Assembly (NCBI RefSeq): GCF_018350175.1
Contig: NC_058370.1
Location: 55,862,001 to 55,926,000, forward strand
Origin: Felis catus
Lineage: Eukaryota
Length of the DNA stretch: 64,000 bases
Reading direction: 5' to 3'
Made by a program: the position numbers and the translations under genes. Below are positions 37,179-49,172 of this stretch, in pieces. The notes under the pieces are model-generated. The model was not told where the DNA came from and ran no database searches. It worked only from the letters and a program-made list of their open reading frames with translations. How positions within the stretch are numbered: position 1 is the first letter of the stretch; each line of letters opens with the position of its first letter.

Positions 37179-38633
37179 AAGTAACTATTGACTACAACGT
37201 CCTATGTGCACTGTTTTTCTTCTGTTCTTAAAAATAGAACAAAAACCGCGTTCAACGTCAATAATGAGACAGAGGGGGCGGTGAGAGAGTGAGGGAAAGA
37301 CACACACAGATGGACAGAGGGTACTGAGGAGTGAGGGGTACTGTTCCAAGCACAGTGCGAGCCCTTGTCCTTTGCAGAAGGAGAATAGAGACGCCAAATA
37401 ACCATAGGGTCTTGTGAAAAACTTTTAGAGTTAATTTTCTGAGGTACATGAAGAAAGGGGAAAAAGGGATAATGGGAGAAGATTGCAGTAAAGCTAGTTC
37501 CACATATATCCATCATTGCAGGAAGTGTTCATAGATTAAACACCTTTATTACAACGTTGGCACTGTGGAGTGATTTATTTAAAAAAAAAGATATAGCTAT
37601 ATTCTGCTTATATGAAACAAAATCACACTGAAAATATTGAAAATAAAAAATGGAAATAGATCGCATGAGTTTCACTGTTGGTATAGCAACATTAACACTA
37701 GATTAAAAAAATATTTTATGGCCAAAGTCATTGTTCAGGTTAAAGAGGGAAAATGTATGATTTTGATAATTAAGGAGGCACTGTCCACATGAGCATACAT
37801 GTGTTTTTAGAATTTGGAATAACTGTGACCTTAAAGATCAGAAGGTAGGGGAATCGGTCCCCCCGCCCCTCCCCACACCCAACACACACGCCTGACGTTT
37901 CAGAAGATTAATTCTTTTTTCCTTCTGAAATCCCTGCTATTTTGATGTTCCCTTTCTAGGAGGTGAAGGAAGTGATTCTGTTCCCAATTTTATTGTTCAG
38001 TCTTGCTGTAGTATAACTCTTCTCACCTAGCTGTAGGCGCAGTAGAGAAACTGATGAAAAGCATGTACAAGGGAAATGAAAAATGAACAAAATGCAAAAA
38101 GCATTTGCTGAGGTGGAAGAGGCGAATAATCCTGCGAGAAGACCAGGTGGCTAACTGGAGGGTGCAGGACCGCTGACATGAAGGATCTCGGCTGCCGGGA
38201 GGAAGTGTCTTGCCTTGGTGGGGTGAGGCATCCGTTGGACAGTGGAGAAGCCATGTGGGGTGGCAGTCGGCCAGCCAAAGCCACCATCCTCCTTGCAGGA
38301 GCACTGAGAGAGAAGACAGACGCAACGCAATTCACGTGACCAGGATGGAATGGAATGGAATGTGGGTGTAAACCTTTCAGAAGAGGGTTAGAGAAATCTT
38401 TCCGGTGTTGCAAGAAAGATGTGAACTGAAGTCTTCCATGGGGCTTCAGGGAGTTCTGGGCTTCATGCAAAAGGGGCAGGGTTTGGTAGTAAAACGGCAT
38501 TAAACCCAAAGGAAAGATGCGTGGGGGTAATTTAGTAAGTCCCTTCAAATTTAAGTCAGCGTCAAATTCAATCTGAAGCATCGTAGGAGATAGGTACTAA
38601 ACAGGGAATGATTATTAATATTTGAAAGACATT

Positions 38634-38838
38634 GGGCACCTGGGTGGCTCAGTCGGTTAAGCGTGCGACTTCCCCTCAGGTCATGATCTTGGGGCTTGTG
38701 AGTTTGAGCCCCACGTTGGGCTCTGTGCTGATAGCTCAGAACCTGTTGCAGATTCTATGTCTCCCACTCTCTCTGCCCCTCCCCCACTTGCACTCCGGCT
38801 CTCCCTGTCTCTCAAAAAGAAGTAAATATTAAAAAAAT
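38634..38838 (+). mobile_element. Can-SINE
   Basis: SINE head; TSD TTAATATTTGA(A/G)AGACAT. Confidence 0.94.
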
Positions 38839-39640
38839 TTAATATTTGAGAGACATACTTGCTTGGAAAACTTAAAAAAAAACAGAAGATAGTTGTTGTT
38901 TAGTCTCATGTGGTTTTTTGGTCAAGTTAGGGAGGAACACTAGGGACTCAGTGATTGGAACTGGAGTTTTCCCGGTTCTCCTTTGAATCTGTTTTATGCT
39001 CCTGCTTTCTTCCTCAAGTTTCTGTCCAGATCCTTCCAGAAGAACCCCAGCCATCTTTGGTGAGTGTGGGTTGGGGTAGAGCATGTCCACTGGAGGTCAT
39101 GGAGGAACCATCACCAATGTGTAAACACTATTCATGATCTGCAGTCACCCCAGAGACCATTGGCCAGACCACCATTTCCCGAAGCCCAGGTAAAAATATT
39201 TCCTTTCCCATGACAACCCTGGAGGGAGAGGAGAAACCCAAAACACAGCTTGCTTTCCTTCCAGTCATTTCATTTGAAATAGTCAGTTTTATATTACTGC
39301 TAAGCCATGAAAGTGTTTTTCATTGTGTCACTCTCAATTATTGTACATTTAATAAAGAAAAATGTGTGCTTTTAAAAAAGCCGTGTCACATCTGCAAAGT
39401 ATTTTTTAATAAAAGTCCCCGTTTCTTCCAACAATTAATGACCCATTTGTTGCCAGCAATTAGATATAGTTTAATGTAGCTTCTCTTTTGTGTGATAATT
39501 ATACATATATTTTCAAAGTACCTTTCTTGGAGGAGTGGGAAAAAATGACTCTTGTTTGGGGAAAAATGGGGCCGTGTAAATATTTGCTGTAAAATAAGTA
39601 AGTGTGAATCAAGGGACTTGAGTTTTGGTATTACTGAGAA

Positions 39641-39763
39641 ATTCATTCAAATATATATCATATATATACACATATATATACACATATATATGATATATAT
39701 ATGTGCATATATATGATATATATATTCATTCAAATTCATTCAAATTCATTCAAATATATATAA
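39641..39763. repeat. Compound (TA)n/(CATATA)n microsatellite with an (ATTCATTCAA)x3 10-mer
   Basis: Directly visible. Confidence 0.9.
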
Positions 39764-39849
39764 ATCCTGAGCTCAGTAAAGGTCTGTGTAGGATACTTTA
39801 AGTGGTAAATATATATTTGTATTTTGACCTTGTGATCAATTCCAAACTT

Positions 39850-39960
39850 TACCAGCTATTTTAGTATTTTTTTTTCTCAGGCAGCTGCCTGGGAATAACC
39901 CTTTTTATAGCTTTCAGACACTGCAGCATCTATAAATAGCCTTGTAGCATTACATTAGGT
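39850..39960. promoter_or_regulatory. Candidate MEF2/E-box module
   Basis: CTATAAATAG (39930-39939, perfect MEF2 consensus), CAGCTG (39882-39887) and two MEF2-like near-matches (39856-39864, 39901-39910). Confidence 0.35.
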
Positions 39961-40749
39961 GAGAGAGAGTCCAATGTTCTATTGCATGAGCAATGTGGAA
40001 TTTTGAATTAAAAAGTAGTTTAAATGGCATTTTGGTGTTAGTAGTGAAATTAAAAAGCAAGACACAAATCACAGAAGAGGGACAAACAGATGTTTCTCTG
40101 ATAGTTGGATTCCTTAGAAAATTGACTATAAATTCAGGAAGATAATTATTAGCACTGGATTATATAATCAGTCTGATTTGGCTGGTTATCTACAAAGTCA
40201 TTAAAAAGTGTCAGAAGAATCAAATGTATATTGTATATCAAATAGAAACTGCTGTTGGTCGTTGGTCTTCATTGAAATCCCTTCTGCATATCTTTTTTTG
40301 GTATAACTTAATTAGCAAAGTTAAAATTAAGATGAGACTCCAGTGTGTTTAGATGAAACAATTTCTATGAGAGGACACTTCATTAAAACATTTTAATAAT
40401 GCAGTAAACTCTTGGTTATCAAAGAAATCTCTTAAAAATGATCTTTTTCAATGAATATAATTATTCAATGTGAAATATTTGTGCTGTTCAAGAAAAATCC
40501 AAATACTGCTCCTGCCATGTTACATATGCCAGGCACCTGTTATATGCTCTGCTAACAATCGTCACTTGCTAGTCTTTTTAACAATGCTGTGGCTAGAGTA
40601 TATTCCACATATGCTTATTGAGTATTTAGTGTATGCTTGACACTATTCTAGGCTCTGTGGAAACAGTAGTGAATGGGACAAAGTACCTATTCTCATGAAG
40701 CTCACACTCTGAGGCCAGGCAAGGAAACTAATAAACGATACAGATGTTT

Positions 40750-42090
40750 AGGTATTCACAGAGTTGTGCAATCATCATCAGCATCAATTTTAGAACATTT
40801 TCATCAGCCCAAAATGAAACTCTATACTTTCTAACTGTTGCCCCCAATTCTCTCATTCCACCCCACTCCCCCCACCCCCATCCCCATCCCTAGACAACCA
40901 GTGTAATACCCTTCTGTCTCTATAAATTTACCTACACTGAACATTTCATAAAAATGGAATCCTACAGTAGGTGGTCATTTGTGACTGGCTTCTTGCGCTT
41001 AGCATAAGGTTTTTAAGGTTTATTCCTGTGGTAGCACGTATCGATGCTTTTTGTTGATGAATGATATTCCCTTAAATAGAGTTTATTTACCCATTCATTA
41101 GCTGTTGGACACTTGTGCTGTCTCCACTTTTTGGCTACTATGAATTATGCTGCTCTGAAAATTCACGTACAAATTTTTATGTGGACATGGGTCCTCATTT
41201 CTATTGGGTATACACCCTGGAGTAGAGTTACTGGTAGATGGTAATTCTTTATTTAATCTTTTGAGGAAATTCCGGACTGGTTTTCAAAATTGCTGCATCA
41301 TATTACATTCTCACTTGCAGTGTATGAAGGTGTCAGTTTCTCTACATCCTTCCCAGTACATATTATTATCTGTTTTTTTTTTTCATTATAGCTATGCTAG
41401 TGAGTATAAAGTGGTAGCTGGTTGTGGTTTTGACTTGAATTCCCTTGATAAGTAATGTTTTCAAATATCTTTTCATGTGCTTAGTGTTTACATACATATA
41501 TATATATATATATATATGTATTTTTTGACAAGTGTCTACTCAGACTATTTGCCTACTTTTTAATTAAATTTATTAGTTGAGAAAGAGAGAGAGAGAGAGC
41601 GCGCGCAGGAGAGGGGCAGCAGGAGAGGAAGAGAGAGAATCCCAAGCAGGCTCTCACAAACTATGAAATCAAGAATCAGACATTTAACTGACTGAGCCAC
41701 CCTGGTGCCCCATTTGCCTATTTTTAAATTAAGTAATTTGGCTTTTTTCCATCTGCATATATGTGTTCTTGATTTTATATATATTCTAGATATGACTTTT
41801 ATCCAGTATATGATTTGCAAATATTTTCTCCCTTTCAGTGTGTTGTCTTTTTACTATCTTGATGATATCCTCTGAAACACAAAAGTTTTTAATTTTCACG
41901 AAATCTGATTTCTCTTATTTTGTATTTGGTTGCTTTGCTTTTTGGTGTCATATATTAGAAGCCATTGCCTAGTCCAAGGTCACAGAGATCTACTCCTATG
42001 TTTTCTTTGAAGACATGTATACATTTAGCCCTTCCCTTTAGGTCTTTCACTCCTTTTGGATAAATTTATGCATATGGTGTGTGGTAGGGG
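40750..42090 (-). mobile_element. L1 3' portion (L1MB-like), interrupted by (TA)n and a SINE
   Basis: Reverse L1 motifs: GTGACTGGCTTCTT, TTTTGAGGAAATTCCGGACTGGTTTTC, GATTTGCAAATATTTTCTCCC and CCATTGCCTAGTCCAAGGTCA. Confidence 0.9.
41557..41711 (-). mobile_element. Can-SINE (internally deleted)
   Basis: CTGACTGAGCCACCCTGGTGCCCC end; TSD ATTTGCCTA. Confidence 0.9.
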
Positions 42091-42159
42091 TAATGTGCTA
42101 TTTCCTCCCAGGAATGAACAAACTTTCTTTTGATAGAAATGGTTTCAGAAAAATAGTGT

Positions 42160-42571
42160 TGACTTATCAAAAACTATTTATGCTTACGCCAGGCACTTTT
42201 CCAGGAGCAACATAGAACAATCTTCAGCTTTCAACGGGGTGCATTGTACATTGACGGATGTAAACAAATGAATATAACAAAGTTAAGTCGTGAAAGAACT
42301 ATGAAAACCACGGAATGATGAAAGGGAATGGAGAGGCGTGAAGATACTATTTTTATATTGAGCTCTCAGAGAGGACCTCTTGCATAAGGTGATATTTGAG
42401 CAGAGATTTGAAAAAAGTGCCAGAGTAAGCCCTGAATATATCTGATTATATAAAAGCATCTCGGGCAGAATTGAACAGCATGTACAAGGGTCCTGAGGTG
42501 GGCGCATGCCAGATGTGTCTGAGGGATGGTGTAACTGGAAAGAGGAGAGGACTGATAGGCATGGAGAACTG

Positions 42572-42615
<44 letters not shown>

Positions 42616-43600
42616 TGTATACATACATATATATGAATATTATTCATATATATGAATATATGAATATTATTGTGGTGCACCAGAACACTTGAGGCCTCAT
42701 GGATCATGGTGGAGACATTGGATGTAACACTGATTGGGACTGGAAGACACTGGAGGCTTTTGAGCAAAGGGGTCAGGTGATTGGATGATTTATGCTTTAC
42801 GAGGTTCACCTTGATTCAGGTCAGAGAATAATTTGAAACCAATTGGAAAGCAATAATTTGTGCTAGAGAGAACGGAGGCTTGGCTCAAGGTGGTAGTGCT
42901 GGAGATGGTCAGACACGAGGCATATTTGGGAGATATAACCAACAGACAGATACCGTGAGAAAAAGAGAGATGTTAAGGAGCATTGAAGGATTTTGGCTTG
43001 GGCAACTGGAAGTATGAGTTGCCATTAACGAAGATGGGGTAGACTGCCGGATACGCTTATCTTAGGAAACAGGTAAAAGTTCACCTTGGAGCTTACTGAA
43101 ATTGAGATGCATATTAGACAACCCTGTGAAAATAAGTGAGTAGTTTGATATAATTTTGGGTATGAGGAGAAGGGTCTGACCCACATGTAGAAATTTGGAG
43201 AAATGGAGAGTTAGTGTTTTCAACCTAGGGATTGGATGATGTCATTTAGGGTGTGAGAAGGAAAGAGAGGGAGGAGGCGTAAGAAGGGATTCCAGTGGTC
43301 CACTTCTAAGTGGAAGCAGGAAAAAAAACTGGCAAAGAAGTCCAAGAAGATGTGAGAAGTCAGCTAGGAGAACCCAGAGAGGGTGGTGCCATGATTGGAG
43401 TGGGATCAAGAGGAAATTGGAGGGAAAGGAGGAGAGACAGTAGGATGACCGTAAGTTATTTAGATTCAACAAACAGTGGGCACTTCCTATATTCCAGCAG
43501 TTGTTTTAGAGATAGCTCAGTTGAAGAAAAGAGATCCAGATCTAACCTTTGTGGGTCTGACATTCTAACAGGGAGACACAGACTGTGGCTGGTAAGTGTG
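42160..43600 (-). mobile_element. L2 fragment(s) containing a (TA)n tract at about 42576-42612
   Basis: GGTGATATTTGAGCAGAGATTTGAA, GGAGGCTTTTGAGCAAAGG, GGCAACTGGAAG...GTTGCCATTAAC and TGAGATGCATATTAGACA are reverse L2 motifs. Confidence 0.8.
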
Positions 43601-43944
43601 TGAATTACACAATACATGAAGCAAATTCCTGCAGGAAAATTAATAAAGTAAGGAGTGCACGTCTTTCACCTACACAATGGAAAGAATTGAGAGTATCCTT
43701 CACCTAAGATGGAGAGACTGCGGGTAAAACATTTGGAGGGGAGAAGTTACTTAATATCTTTGTTTGCTCAATTCCTATCTGTAAAACGCTACAGTAATAC
43801 GTTTTCAGGAAATTTCCACTTACTAAAAAAATATTTAGCAGTGACAATCCACTGAAGTTTAATGTTTCTTATGGCCTTCCAAATTCCATGATTTTTAATG
43901 TTAATGTGGTATTGTCTTGCTCCTACAAAAAAAATGGAGATTTC

Positions 43945-44121
43945 CTTTTTTTTTTTTTTTTTTTGAGAGACAGAGTAGGGGAGAGGTACAGAGGAGAGAG
44001 AGAGAGAGAGAGGGAGAGAGAGAGAATCTTAATCAGGGCTCCATCCCACTACCCTGGGATCATGACCTGAGCTGAAATCAAGGGTCAGATGCTCAATCGA
44101 CTGAGCCACCCAGGAGCCACC
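43945..44121 (-). mobile_element. Can-SINE (older)
   Basis: Reverse SINE; TSD GAGATTTC. Confidence 0.9.
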
Positions 44122-46430
44122 AGAGATTTCAATCTTCATAACAAATCTTTGACATTAGTTAGTAAATGTTTTCTATTAAAGAAATCATAGAATATGCTTT
44201 TAATAGCTCTTTTCTGAGCTCCTCAATTTGGATTCTGAATAAACAGGCATCTACTGTGTATTCATAACTCATGTTTGTGAATGATTAACGCTCTCAAGAA
44301 GCAAACACCTTTGGTTTGGGAAAGTCAAATAAGGCTTTTAAATATTTAAGCTCTATGGTTTTCTACTAAATATAAAATTTGCATAACAGAAAAGATCTTG
44401 TCTGTCATATTTTCCACATACAACTCATGATTGTGTGGTATGTTATATATCGACCCCAGTTATATACCCATGCGTTTATCAGCTGAAATAAAACCACTCC
44501 CAGTGTCTTTCCTTTTTTTCAACCAAAGTGATTCTACGGGTGAGAAACACATTTGACCTGCAGCTCAAATAGCACACTCATTGAAGCACAGCCTGAGTCC
44601 CCAGGAAGTCGGTTGCTCATTGAGCTGTTCTGTCCTAGTAGTTGGTTTATATCTTGATTATAAGCATTATCGCCTTGTATTTATTTTCCTCTTTTTTTTT
44701 TTTTTTGCACAATTGAAATGCATTGTGTTTCAGTTATATGCTTGCTTCTGTTCCCTTGGGGCTGTCAGGTGCCTCTTGAGGACAGAGGGCACCCAGAGTC
44801 TTAATGGTTCTTATTGTATGGAAGATGTCCACTAGAGGAATGAAGATATCCACCAATAAGCAAACGCTTCCATACAATTTTACCATACATAAATGCTGTA
44901 TCTGAACTCTCTCCTTGAGAAGTTAAGTGACAACCCAAAAGCAGCATCTCCCCTCTTCTTCACTGAAGCCAAATCCCAGACTTGGGTGGGGGGGGGGGTG
45001 CCTAGCATGTTCTTCCATGGCCTGCTAAGTAGCTGAGACACCAAAGAGAGCCCAGGTGCAAAAATGACCCCACCTCGTAGTCCCCTCTCAGAATTAGTCT
45101 TTCTTGCTGTAAGAGTCAAAGTTTTTTGGTGAGCTTCAACTTGAAGTTACCGTTTTTATAAAGTAATGGGCTTAGTTTTTCAGATACTATACCTAACCTA
45201 ATGCACACAAATAGGTTATATCGTTTTCTGGCTACTCTAGCCGCCCCCCCCCCCACCCCCCCCCCCAAAAAAAAGAAAAATTCTGGGTGGTGGACTAAAG
45301 CTATAAAGGTTTCCTGGCGCTGTGAAGGGCAGCCTTTAGTGGCACAAGTAGATCTGTATAGATCTCTCTCATCTGATGTCACTCACGCTATCAGCGTTTT
45401 GAAGAATGCCTATTTAGGGCAAGGGAGAATGCGGCTACCTAAGTATTTGCGGGGGGCGCAAAGCTAATCCAAAAAAAAAATCCCACTGGTCTAGGCTTTC
45501 TCCATTGCTTTGTGGGAACCAGGGAATTCTCTAGTAGCCATAGTTAAGGGTCACTTTAGCAATTGGAAACAATGATCAAGCAGCAAATTGTTGGCAGGGG
45601 AAATCCAGACAGAAGGTTGCTTAAATTGATGGCTTCTGTGGAGGCCAAGGGAATTTGAAACAGAATTTGCCTGGGAGTTTGCTTGGCCAAATCACCTTTA
45701 CAAAGAACTGTGATGCCCAAACAATGCGTGTACCCCAGATCACATTCAGAAAGCTGGAATCAAGAGTTCCTAAATGAATCAAAATTATTCTAGAGGGATG
45801 GAATGACCATCTTCCCCAAAGAGGCTTCTCCAATTTATTGTCCCAATTTGCCCTAAAAGTATCATTATTCTCCCACTATCCAAGGAATTCATTATCTGGT
45901 GTTATCAGGTGCTAATCAACTTCGGAGGATCTTACATGTGATTTACATGAATTTAAATTTTGACTGCAATTGTTTACGACCTCCTTCATTAAACTCGTTG
46001 GACGTGTCCACCAATCTGACTCAGATTAAAGACGGATGAATCCAGCTGGATATACATCTTTACCCTGAAGATTCGGACGATATGGAGACAGTCCTTGCCC
46101 TTCTCAGTCCTTACGGTGCTCTGCTGGGTTTTAATTGTCAGGGGCATAACTTTCTCTTCAGGCTACTCCCAGGACCTACTTTGTTGTAAAAGCACAACAC
46201 GTATTTGGGGACTCCATGAGATTTAACAAACGCACCAAAAACCTCTGAGCATGTTTGCCTTTTAAAGAAGGCAGTCTTGGTGCAAAAGAGAAACCGAAGT
46301 CTGATTTCACGTTACAAAGGAGCGAGCTTGAACCGGTTGTGTTACCTACTATTCTTGCATCTTTAGGAAAACACTTCTGTCCTAGAAGACCCAGCTTGTG
46401 TATCCGTAGACTAAAGGTGACGATACCTTT

Positions 46431-46662
46431 CTCTTTTTTTTAAGTTTATTTTGTTTATTTTAGAGACAGAGTGTGTGCATGAGAGCACACGCGTGGGAGC
46501 GGGGGAGGGGCAGAGACAGAGGGAGAGAGGGAATCCCAAGCGGGCTCTGCACGCTGTCAGCACAGAGCCCCGTGCAGGGCTCGATTCCGCGCCCCGTGAG
46601 ATCATGATCTGAGCTGAAGTCGAGAATCGGATGCTTAACCCACTGAGTCACCCCGGCGCCCC
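46431..46662 (-). mobile_element. Can-SINE
   Basis: Reverse SINE ending CCCCGGCGCCCC. Confidence 0.94.
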
Positions 46663-47170
46663 CGGTGATACTTTTCTTCTAAGGCATCCGTAGTGGCCAG
46701 AGGTTTACTATCGCATGATGGAGTCAGTATGGTATTTGGAACATTCTTGGTAATCATAAAATTATTTATCATGTCCACGTGTATCCTGGATAAAATATGT
46801 TCATTGGGAATGCAGCCGGGGCAATGCCAGTCTCTTCCTGCTCACGGAACCTCATCACACCCTTGCTGAGTCACCATAACTGAGCTCCAGACTTCGCCAC
46901 GGTCGTCCCCTCAACTTCCCGACAGCCACTCACACCGGTGAAGCTTGAGGGGAAAGCAGTGTGGACACATCATACAGGGACCCTTCCAACGGATACTTCC
47001 AGGTCCACTGGCCGGATGAGGAGTCGTGGTGGCCTGTCTTTAGGCGATGTTATCACATGCAACAAAAATGGTGTGCTTATGGTCCACAAAAACAATAAAT
47101 TAAGGAGGAGAGGATGAGGGTGGAAGACGGAGAAGGTTTCAATGCTGTGCCTGTGTCCTTCTCACTGCTC

Positions 47171-47363
47171 TTTTTTTTTTTTTTGGAAAAGACTGTGTGC
47201 AACAGGGAAGGGGGAGGAAGAGAGGGAGAGAGAAGTTCCCAAGCAGGCTCCACGCTGTCAGCGCACAGCCTGAGGCGGGGCTCATACTCACGAACCCTGG
47301 GCTCATGACCTAAGCCCAAGTCAAGAGTCAGATGCGTAACTGACTGAGCCACATAGACACCCC
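47171..47363 (-). mobile_element. Can-SINE (older)
   Basis: Reverse SINE; TSD CTTCTCACT. Confidence 0.9.
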
Positions 47364-48633
47364 GCTTCCTGCTTCTCACTAGTCTTTAACAGGTCCTGTT
47401 AAAGGAATAGCATTTACTTCTCATACGTGTAGCATCATTTTCGAAGTGCCAAGTCGATTATTTTGTTTTATTTAGAAAAGGATACTTTGTCTTTGGAATA
47501 CAAAGGTGCTGTCAACTTTTATAGATGACAATAGTAAGCTATAAGATCAATAAAAATAACACTAATTGAGAGCTGGTAGTGGGCAGACATGGGGGGGGGA
47601 GGGGAGCATGGTACATGTCCCATTTGATCTAGACTTTATTCCCCAGTGACGTTTGAGAAGATTCCAGATGTCGGAAGAAACCATCCACCCCTAGTGTTTC
47701 CACAGAGAGAAGGGAGTTGTTGTTTCACTTGCCCGAAGAGAAAAATACAGAAGGAAAACTTCCAGCTGAAATCTGTTCCGACCACACTCCTTTCCGGTCG
47801 CATGAGAATGACTTTAGGTGAACAGTGCCTTCGAGAAAACAAGCTGAGCGTGGTGGGTTCCATGTAGCCTGCTCTCTTGGAGGTACCTGTCCATCAAACA
47901 AGCGCCTTGAGGCCTGTGCTAGGCCCTTGGTAAGCTTAGAAGAATAGGCTTTGCCCATGTGGGGCTATGATCAGATGGTAAAATGTCCAAACTGGAGAGG
48001 GCGGAGCATACCTACACCAAATGCTTAAATCAGTTTGGTAGTAATATAGCTGATATTTCCTTTTCTGTCTCCCGTGTCTTAAGTCTTAGTGCATTCCAAA
48101 CCAGGAGGGAAGGAAGGTAGAATTTATTTATACTTGCCACTTCAAACCCCCAAACCGAAATTTAAACGGGACAATCAAACATTGAATAACCAACTTTGCA
48201 TTAAGAACACACTCAATGAATCTGTAGAGGGATGTATAGCCCTTGTTCAAGAATGAGACAAATAATTTGGAGCAGCCTCAAGGAAGTAGAATTTATGAAC
48301 ATTTGGTCTTCAGAATACTTTCGCTTTGAAGGCAGAGAACAGATAGCTTGAAGTAGCATGGCGTCATCAGAGATTTGCCTGAGTTTAAATGCTCTGAGTC
48401 CACTCACCCCACAAAACAAAAAAGCAATCATTACTTCTAACACACACACATTATTCCCATAGGAGAACAAAATGGGACTTTTCTTAGCAGAATCCTACCA
48501 ATTCATCATCTAACCTGAATCTCACATTTATTCCAGAACATCTTCTCCTTCTGGATGGCAATAACTTTTCTTACCATTTCAACGTGGAATTTGTAAACTA
48601 TTTGCAACATAAAAATATTCAGCTCATCAACCT

Positions 48634-48839
48634 ATTTTTTTTTAAATGTTTATTTTTGAGACAGAGACAGAGCATGAGCGGGGCAGGGGCAGAGAGAGAG
48701 GGAGACACAGAATCGGAAGCAGGCTCCAGGCTCTGAGCTGTCAGCACAGAGCCCGACGTGGGGCTTGAACTCATGGACGGTGAGATCGTGACCTGAGCCA
48801 AAGTCAGACGCTTAACTGACTGCGCCACCCAGGCACCCC
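48634..48839 (-). mobile_element. Can-SINE (felid)
   Basis: TSD TCAG(C/G)TCATCAACCT at 48619-48633 and 48840-48854. Confidence 0.96.
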
Positions 48840-48945
48840 TCAGGTCATCAACCTCTTTAGATAAAGTGGAGGACAGTAATAGGGTATGAGTTTTTTTTTT
48901 TTTTAAATCAAATATCTATTGTTCATCTCAATAAGATTGTGTCCC

Positions 48946-49172
48946 CGGGCGCCTGGGTGGCGCAGTCAGTTAAGCGTCCGACTTCAGCCAGATCACGATC
49001 TCGAGGTCCGTGAGTTCGAGCCCCGTGTCGGGCTCTGGGCTGATGGCTCAGAGCCTGGAGCCTGTTTCCGATTCTGTGTCTCCCTCTCTCTCTGCCCCTC
49101 CCCTGTTCATGCTCTGTCTCTCTCTGTCCCAAAAATAAATAAACGTTGAAAAAAAAATAAAAAAAAAAAAAA
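48946..49172 (+). mobile_element. Can-SINE, young felid type
   Basis: Perfect TSD AAGATTGTGTCCC at 48933-48945 and 49173-49185. Confidence 0.97.

Larger units (their letters stand above)
34600..37790 (+). mobile_element. Very old L1-like fragments interrupted by five SINEs and a younger L1 3' end
   Basis: A-rich segments with L1 motifs (GAAAATTTCCCAACATTGAT, GCAGACATCTCATGAGCA, TAGAATTCTATACCCA, GAGTTTACCACTTACAGACCC). Confidence 0.6.

Noticed and set aside
38027-38581. 184-aa minus-strand ORF, the longest N-free ORF
   Set aside because: No recognisable domain and composition typical of a chance ORF; kept only as part of the low-confidence exon candidate.
47384-47404. CTTTAACAGG-T-CCTGTTAAAG quasi-palindrome, and AT-rich stems at 3480-3500, 34859-34889 and 42626-42654
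   Set aside because: Short or low-complexity, consistent with chance or slippage inside repeats.
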